Positions 23,272 to 32,675 of a DNA stretch of 38,387 nucleotides are shown piece by piece (position 1 is the first letter of the stretch; each line of letters starts with the position of its first letter). The position numbers and the translations under genes were made by a program. Origin of the DNA: Bdellovibrionia bacterium (GTDB lineage Bacteria > Bdellovibrionota > UBA1018); NCBI GenBank assembly GCA_044227445.1, contig JBGAWT010000002.1, positions 1 to 38,387 of the forward strand. The letters are read 5' to 3'. The notes beneath the pieces are model-generated. The model saw nothing but the letters and a program-made list of their open reading frames with translations. It had not been told where the DNA came from and did not search any database.

Positions 23272-23886
23272 ATGTCAGCGCAGCCTGATTTAATCCTGCA
23301 CTCATTCCGGCGTTGTCCGTTTGCGATCCGCGTGAGGATGGTGCTTGAGGAGAAACAAATTCCCTTTAGCGTGGTCGAAGAAAGTTTAGCGAATCCGAGC
23401 GAGCAGCTTCTCGCTCTTCATCCTCAAGGCCTCGTGCCTCTCTTGCGGCACGGAGAGCACGTCGTGTACGAATCTTCGGTCATCACGGAGTATCTGGAGG
23501 ACCTTTTTCCCACGCCCCCGCTGATGCCACAGTCGCCTAAGGACAAAAGTCGCGTGCGACTCTGGACGCATTGGTGCAACCAGATTTTTAAGCCCGACTT
23601 AGATCGTTTTAAGTATGAGTTCGCAAGCTTCAACGAACTCGACCGTTCGCAGTTGGTTACGCGTTTGAATGCTCAATTGGACCAGCTCGAAACGGCGCTT
23701 AGTGGCCAGCCCTTTTTGTTGGGAGATTCATTCACTTTGGCGGATGTTCACGTCTTTCCGTTCGTACGACAATTCACACGCGTGCGACCTGCATTTCCGG
23801 GCCTGGACAAACGTTTAGGCGTCTCACGCTGGCTTGAAGGAATTCTAAAGCGCCCGAGTTTTGCGCGTGTGATGGCTCAACCCTAG
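23272..23886 (+). CDS. Glutathione S-transferase family protein (Cys-type, CPF motif)
   Basis: 204 aa. N-terminal thioredoxin-like fold with SFRRCPFAIRVRMVLEEKQIPF, ...VPLLRHGEHVVYESSVITEYLED (cis-Pro/ES motif), and a helical C-domain. Confidence 0.8.
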   Translation: MSAQPDLILHSFRRCPFAIRVRMVLEEKQIPFSVVEESLANPSEQLLALHPQGLVPLLRHGEHVVYESSVITEYLEDLFPTPPLMPQSPKDKSRVRLWTHWCNQIFKPDLDRFKYEFASFNELDRSQLVTRLNAQLDQLETALSGQPFLLGDSFTLADVHVFPFVRQFTRVRPAFPGLDKRLGVSRWLEGILKRPSFARVMAQP

Positions 23887-23942
23887 ACGCCCTTTCTCAA
23901 CGGTGAACCTTGTCGCGCGCGTGACGCGCTGAAACGAAGGTC

Positions 23943-24734
23943 TTAAAGCCCAGCGTTGGCCGGGTCAGCGGGATTAAACCAGCAGCGTGGAAAAAGATCC
24001 TGGCAGTCTCTAAGATCGTTATGGCATTCAAGAGCCGCCATAAAAGTATCCATCCGGCACTGAGGTTGGGAGTGATCCAAGCGTGTTTGTTTTGCTTTGG
24101 AGCGGTCTCGATTCTGTTCTTTCATGGAAGAGTCCATCGTATCGCTGATATCAGGCAAGCGATCAAATGTATTGCAGACAGATGCTCTGGCGATGCGTGC
24201 ATCGATCGTCAGAAGCCTGGGTAGAGGCTTCTTTCCGCGACCTTCTAGGTGGGGCAAAACTTTTCGCAAGCAACTAACGGCAAAAAAATCCGACAAACCT
24301 TCGTTGTACGAAAAAGGAGTGTTCTTGGTGTCTCGATGAATTGTTGCGATCGAGTGTCCTATCTCGTGGCAGAGCACTGCGGCTAGAGAGTCTTCACTGG
24401 CGCATTCAGCGAGCAACGGCCGCATATTGATCTGGATCCGATAACCTTCTAGCCCAGGTATAATACTGTTTGTCGCAGTTCCCATTCCCACCTTTTCTAT
24501 TCGATAGTTGACGATAGGACGGCCTGTCATCTCTTTTACGATCGGTCCGAACTCTGCGTGGACCTGCTTGATGGTCTCTTGGACGAGCTCATCCGAAATG
24601 TAGTCGGGGAGGCCCTCCTCAGAATCCTCCGCCTGGACGAAAGGGATCGCAAGCGATGCACAAGCGATTAAAAAAAGAGAGCCCCACAGAGAGTAAGTCG
24701 TCGAGCGTAAGTTCCGTGAAGAATGGAAATTCAT
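23943..24734 (-). CDS. Secreted putative zinc metallopeptidase (HExxH)
   Basis: Start moved to MNFHSSRNLRSTTYSLWGSLFLIACASLAIPFVQA (cat at 24732-24734). HEIGH in AAVLCHEIGHSIA. Several Cys. No finer family recognised. Confidence 0.5.
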   Translation of the reverse strand: MNFHSSRNLRSTTYSLWGSLFLIACASLAIPFVQAEDSEEGLPDYISDELVQETIKQVHAEFGPIVKEMTGRPIVNYRIEKVGMGTATNSIIPGLEGYRIQINMRPLLAECASEDSLAAVLCHEIGHSIATIHRDTKNTPFSYNEGLSDFFAVSCLRKVLPHLEGRGKKPLPRLLTIDARIARASVCNTFDRLPDISDTMDSSMKEQNRDRSKAKQTRLDHSQPQCRMDTFMAALECHNDLRDCQDLFPRCWFNPADPANAGL

Positions 24735-24870
24735 GCGAAATACCATACTAAATTTGTCCTGAATCAGCAAGACACCCGTTAAGCCAATGCTTACTGAGTC
24801 CTATGCTCTCGGGTTTCCTTCGCTTTCCTGAACAGAGGGTTTCAGTTCACCTGGGGCACCTCTAGCAGCG

Positions 24871-25950
24871 CTACTTACACTTCTTGAGGTCGAGAGTTTT
24901 ACCCGTGAGTTTCTTGTAAGCGGCTTTGTGCTCGTTGATTGAAGCTTCGGCGGCTGCAACCGCTTCTCCAGCTGCGTAGAGAGCCTTTTCATCTTTTACG
25001 CCACTTACTGAAGATATCTTCTTTTGGCGCGCGATCTCTGCTTCAGAGGCTTTCTTTTGATCCTTTTGGCTGCACGCCGTATTGAAATGATATTCGGGCG
25101 TCTTCTTATACTCTTCTTCCATCTTGCTCTTTTCGGCGCCGGCTTTCAGGTCGAGCTTGCCAAGGGCGATGAGTTTTTCGAATTCATCATACTCCTTGAG
25201 AACTCGGCACGAATCCAAGCCAGAGTCGGGTTTGCATTGGGCGGCGTTGGCGCCTTTGAGCGCTTTTTCGGTGGCGGTGAAACGAGTTTGAAACTCGGGC
25301 GTCCAGAACGGAGCTGCCGCGCTATGGTCCTTTTTGTACTCCGCTTGGTTCTTCTCGGTGAACGCAGTCATTGCAGGCACGGCGGTCCTTGGATGCACCG
25401 TTAAGAGCAAAGAGACAATGGCATCGCAGTTTTTTCCCGCGGCGATCTTGGCAAAGTCATCGGCGCCCGTCTTGTCGTCCGAATGCCCGTCTTCAAGCTT
25501 GATGTCGTTGGCATAAAGGTAGCTCACGAGGTCCGACCTGCAGTCCTGGAGCAGAATTCCAGCGCGAACCGCCGTATGAATCGCCACTCGTTTATCACCG
25601 CCGCTGATGTGCTCGATATCCACGAACATTTTGAGGATATCGAGACTGCCTACTTCGATAGCGTGACTGAGATAGCGCGTCTGAGCATTGCTCTCCTCAT
25701 CGGGAGGAAAAGCATCCGAGAAATTCAACGAGGGTTCGAGGTCCGGAAATCCATTGTGCGAGAAAAAGAACAGTCGAACGACCTCGATGTTCTTGTCCAA
25801 GAACGCTTTATTGAACTGTTCGGCACTGTCGTAAGCGATGAAGTGTTTTGCCTTCAGTTCGGCGCGCGCGTCGCCCTTGGAGATGGCTAAACTAAAAGGT
25901 GACCAAAACAAAGCAACACCGGCAACAGCCAAGCTGATGAGTTTCTGCAC
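24871..25950 (-). CDS. Hypothetical secreted protein, weak ankyrin-like repeats in the N-terminal half, Lys/Glu-rich C-terminal half
   Basis: 359-aa ORF with signal peptide MQKLISLAVAGVALFWSPFSLA. LSHAIEVGSLDILKMFVD...AIHTAVRAG....DLVSYLYANDIKLED resembles ANK repeat spacing. Weak call. Confidence 0.45.
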   Translation of the reverse strand: MQKLISLAVAGVALFWSPFSLAISKGDARAELKAKHFIAYDSAEQFNKAFLDKNIEVVRLFFFSHNGFPDLEPSLNFSDAFPPDEESNAQTRYLSHAIEVGSLDILKMFVDIEHISGGDKRVAIHTAVRAGILLQDCRSDLVSYLYANDIKLEDGHSDDKTGADDFAKIAAGKNCDAIVSLLLTVHPRTAVPAMTAFTEKNQAEYKKDHSAAAPFWTPEFQTRFTATEKALKGANAAQCKPDSGLDSCRVLKEYDEFEKLIALGKLDLKAGAEKSKMEEEYKKTPEYHFNTACSQKDQKKASEAEIARQKKISSVSGVKDEKALYAAGEAVAAAEASINEHKAAYKKLTGKTLDLKKCK

Positions 25951-26061
25951 GGTAAGATACCCCTTTGGCCGCTTATCGGCCCTTTAGAGATGAATCTTAA
26001 CTGGCTGCGCAACGACCCCCAACAGCTGACAACCGCCCGCACCTAGTATAGGGTCCCCCTC

Positions 26062-27387
26062 ATGAAGGGCAGCCCTCCTCCTAGCGATCTGTTTGACCTG
26101 CCGCTGTTCTCAGCGGCCGCGCCTCAGCAGCCACCTGCGCCCACTCCGCGCGCTTCTAAAGCTAAACCTGCGCCCGCCGCGCCCGAAAAGCCCGCGCTCC
26201 CCGCCGAAAATCCCCAGTGGACGGTAAGCGAGCTCACCCAGCGCATCAAGGGTGCGATCGAGCCGCAGTTCATGCAGGTCTGGGTCAAGGGCGAGATCTC
26301 CAATTACCGCCCGACACACTCGGGGCACGCGTATTTTTCGCTTAAAGACGCTCAGAGCCAGATTTCGGCTGCCATCTTTGGATGGGGCGCCCGAAAAAAG
26401 CCTTTCGACCTTAAGGATGGGTTGAGCGTTTTGTGTCGCGGCAAAGTGACGGTCTACCAACCGCGCGGAAGCTATCAGCTCACCATCGAGTCCATTGAGC
26501 CTCTGGGCGCAGGCGCGCTTCAGATGGCTTACGAGCAGCTCAAAGAGAAGCTCGCCGCTCAGGGGCTTTTTCGCTCCGAGCGAAAGCGCAAGCTCCCGCC
26601 CTTTCCGACTCGCATTGCTGTGGTCACTTCGCCCACGGGAGCTGCGATTCAAGACATGCTCAATATCCTGCGCAGACGCGCGCCGGGTATCCGCGTGACG
26701 ATCATCCCAGCGCAAGTCCAAGGCGAGGGCGCTGCTCAGCAGATCCTTCGTGGACTGCAGATGGCCAATCGCTGGGGCTTGGGCGACGTCGTGGTGCTTG
26801 CGCGCGGTGGCGGCAGCATCGAGGACCTTTGGGCTTTCAACGACGAAGCGTTGGCGCAGGCGATTGCGACTTCGCGGCTTCCTGTCGTGTCCGCTGTTGG
26901 CCACGAAATCGATTTTACGATCGCGGATTTCGCGGCCGACCTCAGGGCGCCTACGCCTTCGGCCGCAGCTGAGATCCTCAGCCAGGGTTGGGTGGATGCC
27001 CGCGAGCGCGTGGATTCGGCTTCGCGCAGACTCACGCTGCTGACTCAACGAGAGCTGCAGCTCAAGCGCGCGGCTCTGATGCAGCTTTCCTCGCGGCTGG
27101 TCAATCCGCGCGATCGTCTGCGCGAGCAGATGCAGCGCGTTGATGAAGCGGGCCTCAGGATTGAGCAGGCCATGCGCCGTAGGCTGGACCGATCGCGCAG
27201 TGCGTTCAGAGAGACAGCCGCTCGACTAGAAGCGTTATCTCCGCTGCGGGTGCTGGATCGCGGGTTTGCTTTGGTAACCGATGCCTCGGACGAAAGAGTT
27301 GTCATCAAATCGGTTCAGCAAGTAAAATCAGAGCAGGAGATGGTGCTGACTTTCGCAGATGGGCGAAAGACGGTTCGCGCCATTTAA
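26062..27387 (+). CDS. xseA: Exodeoxyribonuclease VII large subunit
   Basis: OB-fold N-domain (WVKGEISNYRPTHSGHAYFSLKD), catalytic core (IAVVTSPTGAAIQD, LARGGGSIEDLWAFNDE, VSAVGHEIDFTIADF.AD.RAPTPSAAAE) and a C-terminal coiled coil. About 50 aa of Pro/Ala-rich N-terminal extension. Confidence 0.9.
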   Translation: MKGSPPPSDLFDLPLFSAAAPQQPPAPTPRASKAKPAPAAPEKPALPAENPQWTVSELTQRIKGAIEPQFMQVWVKGEISNYRPTHSGHAYFSLKDAQSQISAAIFGWGARKKPFDLKDGLSVLCRGKVTVYQPRGSYQLTIESIEPLGAGALQMAYEQLKEKLAAQGLFRSERKRKLPPFPTRIAVVTSPTGAAIQDMLNILRRRAPGIRVTIIPAQVQGEGAAQQILRGLQMANRWGLGDVVVLARGGGSIEDLWAFNDEALAQAIATSRLPVVSAVGHEIDFTIADFAADLRAPTPSAAAEILSQGWVDARERVDSASRRLTLLTQRELQLKRAALMQLSSRLVNPRDRLREQMQRVDEAGLRIEQAMRRRLDRSRSAFRETAARLEALSPLRVLDRGFALVTDASDERVVIKSVQQVKSEQEMVLTFADGRKTVRAI

Positions 27388-27426
27388 GGCTCTATTCGAC
27401 TCAATCGGGTTTGGCTCAAATGGGGG

Positions 27427-28290
27427 GTGGCTCTGGGGCTCTGCGTTTCGCACGCGGCTACCGCAGCTGCGTCCATCTCCGGCGTCTCGCCGCAACTCGA
27501 TCCCGACAAAGTTCCTAACGGTTCCGTATTTTTGCTCAAGGTAAAGCTTCCAAGCGAGCTGGCTTCTCTTCCGGAGGAGTCCCTCGCGGTGGAGTTCGCG
27601 GATCGTAAATTTCCGTTATTTAAACCTGCCGGATCCGATGAATTTGAGGCGCTTGTAGGTGTGCCGCTAGAGCACGGTGTGGGACCCAGCAAGGCCAAGA
27701 TCTTGGTTACTCAAGGCGATCAGCGCTCGGAGCATGAGATCGAAGTCCAGGTCGTGGACGGAAAGTACGAAGTTCAGCGCCTGACGGTAGCTCCTAAGTA
27801 CGTCGAGCCTCCCAAGCGCTTTCATAAGCGCATCCAAGAAGAAAACCACCTCATCGGCGAGCTGTACTCGCGCGTTACTCGCAAGAAGTATTGGGAAGGG
27901 CCCCTGAGGCTTCCTATCGAAAGCCCGATCACCGGATCATTCGGTGCGAGGCGCGTATTCAACAACACGCTCAAGAATCCTCATGGCGGCACGGATCTTA
28001 AGGCTGCGATCGGGACGCCGATTCATTCGTCGGCTTCGGGAGTGGTGATCATGGCCCGCAATCTCTACTACACGGGCAACACCATCATCGTGGACCACGG
28101 TTACGGAGTGCTGACTTTGTATGCGCATCTCTCTAAGATGAAAGTCAAAGAGGGCGATGAAATCAAAGGCCAGCAGGTCTTGGGCCTGTCCGGGAAGACG
28201 GGGCGCGTCTCAGGTCCCCACCTGCATTGGCAGGTGATCGTAGGCCATGTGAAGGTAAACCCCATGGATGCCATTAAGGTGGTTCGATGA
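27427..28290 (+). CDS. M23/LytM family metalloendopeptidase, catalytically intact
   Basis: GTG start. HGGTD (HxxxD), VDHGYGVLTLYAHLS and GPHLHWQV (HxH) are all present, in contrast to the envC copy. The stop overlaps the next start (ATGA at 28287-28290). Confidence 0.85.
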   Translation: MALGLCVSHAATAAASISGVSPQLDPDKVPNGSVFLLKVKLPSELASLPEESLAVEFADRKFPLFKPAGSDEFEALVGVPLEHGVGPSKAKILVTQGDQRSEHEIEVQVVDGKYEVQRLTVAPKYVEPPKRFHKRIQEENHLIGELYSRVTRKKYWEGPLRLPIESPITGSFGARRVFNNTLKNPHGGTDLKAAIGTPIHSSASGVVIMARNLYYTGNTIIVDHGYGVLTLYAHLSKMKVKEGDEIKGQQVLGLSGKTGRVSGPHLHWQVIVGHVKVNPMDAIKVVR

Positions 28291-29213
28291 GAGCAAAGAT
28301 AGCTGCTGTCGCTTTGATTGCCCTCCTTGCCAGCGTGCCCTCGGCTTGGGCCGCTAAGTACGGAGTTATCACCGTTGATGCCACTCCCGTGCTTGGAAAT
28401 CGGGATCCCGGCGCACAGCCTCTTGAGCTTTTGAACCGCGGCCAGACCGTGGGTGCGAGCGATCAGGACTACGGTGGCTACTACCGCGTAAGGACCGCAC
28501 AAGGGACGGTGGGATGGATTGCAGCCGAACGGTTGCAAATCCGTGACTACCCTTCGGCGGGCCAAAATGCCCAGCCTCAGCGTCCCGCGGCTACCGCTTC
28601 CTCCGATGCGGATTTCAGGCGTTTTGCCGTTCGTCCGTTTGGCGGCATGAGCTTCTTGAACATGAGCACGGCCTACGCTGCTTCGGTGCCGCCGACCGGC
28701 GGATCGGGATTCACGGGCCTGACTCTGAGCTACGCGTTTGGCGGTGAGTTTGGGGTGTACTTGATCAAGCGCTTAGCGCTCGTGGTGCGCGGCGAGTACC
28801 TGCTGGGGTCTTCCACGGGGCAGGACTCGAGCTTCAACTATTCGTTCTACTCAAGCGCGATACCGATCTACGGTGGAGCGCAGTTCAATATCGTAGATCT
28901 CCCTCGCTTCATGCTGCGCATCTCGGCGTACGCTGGTTATTGCCCCAGCATCGGGCATGTCGTGAGCAATGTGACCCAGGGTACGACCGTTTCGTTTGCG
29001 GGTTCGGGCTTCACGGCTATGGGAAAGCTTGATTTCGAATTGAGGCTCACGCCTTTGTTCTCGCTCTTGATTGGCGGCGGCTATCGCTACTTGAACGGCG
29101 GCACGTTTGATACGAGTTCCAGCCCCGTCGGGATCTCCGTCTACTACGGAAGGCCCATCGCCCTGGATCTTGGCGGTATTATCGCCCAAGCAGGTATTGG
29201 GCTGAACTTCTAG
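28287..29213 (+). CDS. Secreted SH3b-like domain protein fused to a putative outer-membrane beta-barrel
   Basis: Signal peptide (AALIALLASVPSAWA). SH3_3-like segment (VITVDATPVLGNRDPGAQPLELLNRGQTVGASDQDYGGYYRVRTAQGTVGWIAAERL), a Gln/Ala/Pro linker, then about 200 aa of alternating beta-strand pattern ending GIGLNF (terminal Phe). Confidence 0.6.
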   Translation: MRAKIAAVALIALLASVPSAWAAKYGVITVDATPVLGNRDPGAQPLELLNRGQTVGASDQDYGGYYRVRTAQGTVGWIAAERLQIRDYPSAGQNAQPQRPAATASSDADFRRFAVRPFGGMSFLNMSTAYAASVPPTGGSGFTGLTLSYAFGGEFGVYLIKRLALVVRGEYLLGSSTGQDSSFNYSFYSSAIPIYGGAQFNIVDLPRFMLRISAYAGYCPSIGHVVSNVTQGTTVSFAGSGFTAMGKLDFELRLTPLFSLLIGGGYRYLNGGTFDTSSSPVGISVYYGRPIALDLGGIIAQAGIGLNF

Positions 29214-29222
29214 GCTCTCAAC

Positions 29223-29924
29223 CTATTTCGAAAACTTGTACCCAACGCCGCGCACCGTCTCAAAGTGCTGGGCCGGTTCGCCTTCGGTTTGGAAGTACTT
29301 TCGCATGCGGGCTAGAAATTGGTCCACGGTGCGGGTCTTGGGCAGGAGCGTGAACCCCCAAACCTCGCGCAGCAATTCGGCGCGCGAGACGATGCGACCT
29401 TCGTTTCGAATCAGCATGCTTACGAAGCGAAACTCTAGGGGCGTAAGCCTCTGCCATCCCTTGGGGCCTCGCACGCTCATATTGTTGACGTCCAAATCCC
29501 AAATGGCTTCTTCCTGTGCCAGGGGAGCGGGAATGCGTCGTGAAAGCGCCCGAATGCGAGCTTTGAGCTCATCCCAGCTGAAAGGTTTGGCGAGGTAGTC
29601 ATCCGCCCCTGCATCAAGTCCCTCTACTCGTTGGGGCGGGCGACCTTGCGCGGTGAGCATCAAGATTCCGCCGCTATAGCCTGCTTTCCGAAGCTCAATA
29701 CAAAGATCCAATCCGTCGCAATCTGGCAGCCCGCGATCGATGAGCATGAATTGCCAAGCGTCGGTGGTCGGGCGCTTTCCTTCGGGCCAAAGCACTTGGC
29801 GAGCTTGCGCCAGCGAGGCGCACCATTGCTGCTCGAAGCCCAGTTGAATGAGCGCGATTCGAATCGAATCGGCGAGCATCGGCTCGTCTTCAACAAGAAG
29901 GCATTTTCCCGCTACGTTAGCCAT
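29223..29924 (-). CDS. OmpR/PhoB-family response regulator
   Basis: Receiver domain (LLVEDEP, FMLIDRGLPDCDG, LMLTAQG, DDYLAKPF) plus a winged-helix domain (LTPLEFRFVSML, RTVDQFLARMRKYF, ETVRGVGYKF). Overlaps the upstream kinase gene by 8 nt. Confidence 0.9.
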   Translation of the reverse strand: MANVAGKCLLVEDEPMLADSIRIALIQLGFEQQWCASLAQARQVLWPEGKRPTTDAWQFMLIDRGLPDCDGLDLCIELRKAGYSGGILMLTAQGRPPQRVEGLDAGADDYLAKPFSWDELKARIRALSRRIPAPLAQEEAIWDLDVNNMSVRGPKGWQRLTPLEFRFVSMLIRNEGRIVSRAELLREVWGFTLLPKTRTVDQFLARMRKYFQTEGEPAQHFETVRGVGYKFSK

Positions 29925-30864
29925 GTCGCCCCCGGTCCTTCGAGCGTAAATACCGCTCCTTTGCCCAAGCCGGGCTTGAAGCGGTGATTTGAATGCCCAT
30001 CTGCCGGCAAAGCCTTCGAGCGAAGAACAATCCTAGCCCAGTTCCGGCGATGCGTACGGGACTTCCTTGCTTGCCGCGGTAAAAACGATCAAAAAGCCGG
30101 GGCGCTTCCTGCGGGTCAAATCCAAAGCCCTGGTCTTTGACCTCAAGCCGCCAACGTACTTGTCCGCTGGGTTGGGGCAACAGCTGAGTCTCGAGGTGGA
30201 TGGGGCTTCCGGAGGGAGAAAATTTAGCGGCGTTCTCGACCAGCACGTCCAGTACTCGCGACCAAGCGTCTGCTTCGATTCGGGCGTGAACCCTTAGCGG
30301 CTCTCCCTTGCGCAGGATCACCATCGAATCGCCTCGGGCTTGTCGCCAGCGTTCGATGCGCTCGCTGAGCATCGATTCAAGCTCGTGCATCGAAAGCGCG
30401 AGCCCGGGTTTGCGCCATTCTAGGCGCGCGGCTTCGAGCAGGCCTTCGACTTGGGTCTTGAGGCGCTCGAGCTCGACGCGATGATTTTGCCAGAGTCGCT
30501 CGCTGGTTTCGGCATCGATGCCTTCTTGCCTGAGCAGGCCCGAGCAAAGCTCAAGCGTCGCGATCGGTGTTTTTAACTCGTGGGTGACTCCGGCTAAGAA
30601 CTCGCTTTGCATATGGTTGAGGCGCGTCTCGCGGAGCACCTTCATAAAGAAGAGCACCATGTTGAAGATCAAAAAGGCGAAGCCCAGCATCCCGAGTGCC
30701 ATTCCGGCAGCTGCCGAGCTAGGAATGCGTGCCCAGACAAAGTTCCAGCCCGCGGCCAACCCCGCAGCGACGGAGGCGGTCACGACGAACAGAAATATCC
30801 AAATTGCTCGTTTAGGTCTTTCGAGTCTCAAGGACATGAAAAAAACGTATCCCCGATCCGTCAT
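29917..30864 (-). CDS. Sensor histidine kinase (two TM, tiny periplasmic loop)
   Basis: H-box FLAGVTHELKTPIATL, N-box VLVENAAKFSP, DQGFGF and GTGLGLFFARRL. Two N-terminal TM helices with almost no sensor loop. The start may be the second Met (30837). Confidence 0.85.
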   Translation of the reverse strand: MTDRGYVFFMSLRLERPKRAIWIFLFVVTASVAAGLAAGWNFVWARIPSSAAAGMALGMLGFAFLIFNMVLFFMKVLRETRLNHMQSEFLAGVTHELKTPIATLELCSGLLRQEGIDAETSERLWQNHRVELERLKTQVEGLLEAARLEWRKPGLALSMHELESMLSERIERWRQARGDSMVILRKGEPLRVHARIEADAWSRVLDVLVENAAKFSPSGSPIHLETQLLPQPSGQVRWRLEVKDQGFGFDPQEAPRLFDRFYRGKQGSPVRIAGTGLGLFFARRLCRQMGIQITASSPAWAKERYLRSKDRGRHG

Positions 30865-30890
30865 GGCGTCGAGCCCAGAGAAGTGGTTTC

Positions 30891-32675
30891 ATGGCGTTGA
30901 ACGTGAAGAAATTACGCTCCGCGCATTTCGGCATTCTCGCTTTGCTTTTGCTTGCTTCTTTTTCTCCGGCTCGTGCTGAGGAGGTCGAAGTAGGCGGAGG
31001 TCGGTTTCAAAATGAACTGGCGCGCGAAGGGCTGTCGAGATTCTCGCTTGAGATCGACCCTGAACCCGCCGGAAAGATGATCGAGCGATTTGAGATCGCT
31101 CAAAACGACGTCATCATTCCTCAAGACCCCTATCCAAAATGGCCCACGATCTTCCATGCGCTCACTAAACGCGAGGTGGTCGAACGAGAGCTGCTCATTC
31201 AGGTGGGGGATCTCTGGAACGCCGAGCGAATCACCGAAGCTGAGCGCGCGCTGTTGACGAATGTATTCCTGTCGTCGGCCCAGATTCTCCCGGCCCGTGG
31301 TTCAGCGCCTGACAAGGTGATTGCGGTCGTAGTGACGATGGATCTCTGGAGCCTGCGGCCTGGGGTCGATTTTACGATCGTGGGCAACACGCTTCAGTTT
31401 TTTGAGCTTGAGTTTGCAGAGCACAATCTGGGTGGTTGGAAGCGCAGGCTTGGAGCGGATTTCAGAATCGATTTAGGTAACGTCCTTTTTGGCGAGGAGT
31501 TTAGGGAGCCCAGGCTTTTTGGATCTCGTGTTCGATTTGATGAGAAAGTCGATCTGTACCTGGCGCGTTCGAACTTAGGAGTGCTTGAGGGCTGGGATGC
31601 GAACTTCGGGTTGGGTCGACCGCTTTTTAGTCTCGAGACGGAGTGGGCCTGGTGGGCGCGAGCCGGGATGTATCGCAAGGTTCACCGTTGGTATTCGGGC
31701 GCCAATCTCACGGTGTTTTCGACTTCGTCGGGCGAATCCGTGCCATACGCGTACTTGGTCAGCGAGCCCTGGACTGAGGCGGGAGTGACCTGGAGCCAGT
31801 GGATTTTTCCGCGTGAGTTGAAGCGCGATTTTTCTTTCTTGGGGGGTGCACGGTTTCGCCACTACGAAAACCGCGACGTGCTCACCTCGGTATCCAGTGC
31901 CGCTATCGGGGAGTTCAACTCCAACGCCCTTCCCACGGACGAGAGCTTCGGGTTTGTGGCTTTGCGGGCGGATCTTTACTCCACGCGTTTCGTGCGTGAG
32001 TACGATCTCGAGACATTTGCCCTGAACGAGGACCTTCGAGAGGGCTTCAAAGTTCGAGCGGCTATCGAAGGGGCCTATGGAGCCCTACCGTTCATTCGCC
32101 CCTATCTTGAGGCCGAGTGGTTAGGAGCGTTTGGGCCGGGAGCGTATCGACGTGACCTGCTTTTTGCGCAGGCCCGAGCGGAGACTCGGTACGAGCCCGG
32201 TCTTTTCTCGAGCTACGGCACTGCGTGGGTGAACCGGGTCTTGAGTGCATCGATCAAAAACACGACGCCGGTGTTTCTGAGAGCTCTGCGATTGGTAGTC
32301 GGAGCTCGTATCGTTGTTCGCGCGTTTGATCTGAGAAAAGAACTCTCGCCTCTGGGCGGCGATCGCTACTTGCGTGGCTTTCCTTCGGATAGCTGGATGG
32401 GAACCCAGGGCTGGGGCTTTAACGCTGAGCTCAGGACCCAGCCCCTGAGCTGGAAAACGTTCCATGCGGGTCTAGCCGTATTTGCGGATTGGGGAGATTC
32501 GCGGTTTGCGGGACCTGAGAGCTGGGGAGCGCATAAGTCCGTTGGAGCGGGCTTTCGGTTCACGGTCCCGCAGTTCATGAAAGAAGTGCTGAGACTGGAT
32601 TTCGCTTTTCCGCTTGATGCCGCTCCCGCGCCCGGTCCGACCTATTTTACCGCTGCATTTGAGCAAGCTTTTTGA
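30891..32675 (+). CDS. Omp85/BamA-superfamily outer-membrane protein with a single POTRA-like domain
   Basis: Signal peptide (HFGILALLLLASFSPARA). POTRA-like segment (IERFEIAQNDVIIP...LTKREVVERELLIQVGDLWNAERITEAERAL). Long beta-barrel region with ...GGDRYLRGF... and the terminal AAFEQAF (C-terminal Phe). Confidence 0.65.
   Translation: MALNVKKLRSAHFGILALLLLASFSPARAEEVEVGGGRFQNELAREGLSRFSLEIDPEPAGKMIERFEIAQNDVIIPQDPYPKWPTIFHALTKREVVERELLIQVGDLWNAERITEAERALLTNVFLSSAQILPARGSAPDKVIAVVVTMDLWSLRPGVDFTIVGNTLQFFELEFAEHNLGGWKRRLGADFRIDLGNVLFGEEFREPRLFGSRVRFDEKVDLYLARSNLGVLEGWDANFGLGRPLFSLETEWAWWARAGMYRKVHRWYSGANLTVFSTSSGESVPYAYLVSEPWTEAGVTWSQWIFPRELKRDFSFLGGARFRHYENRDVLTSVSSAAIGEFNSNALPTDESFGFVALRADLYSTRFVREYDLETFALNEDLREGFKVRAAIEGAYGALPFIRPYLEAEWLGAFGPGAYRRDLLFAQARAETRYEPGLFSSYGTAWVNRVLSASIKNTTPVFLRALRLVVGARIVVRAFDLRKELSPLGGDRYLRGFPSDSWMGTQGWGFNAELRTQPLSWKTFHAGLAVFADWGDSRFAGPESWGAHKSVGAGFRFTVPQFMKEVLRLDFAFPLDAAPAPGPTYFTAAFEQAF

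Noticed and set aside
23917-23929. GCGCG-TGA-CGCGC hairpin after the GST gene
   Set aside because: It has only a 5-bp stem with a 3-nt loop and no U-tract, so it was not reported as a terminator.
26110-27048. 312-aa ORF on the minus strand
   Set aside because: It is entirely antisense to xseA, which carries clear family motifs. Its product is Arg/Ser/Gly-rich with no motif, the typical open antisense frame of GC-rich coding DNA.
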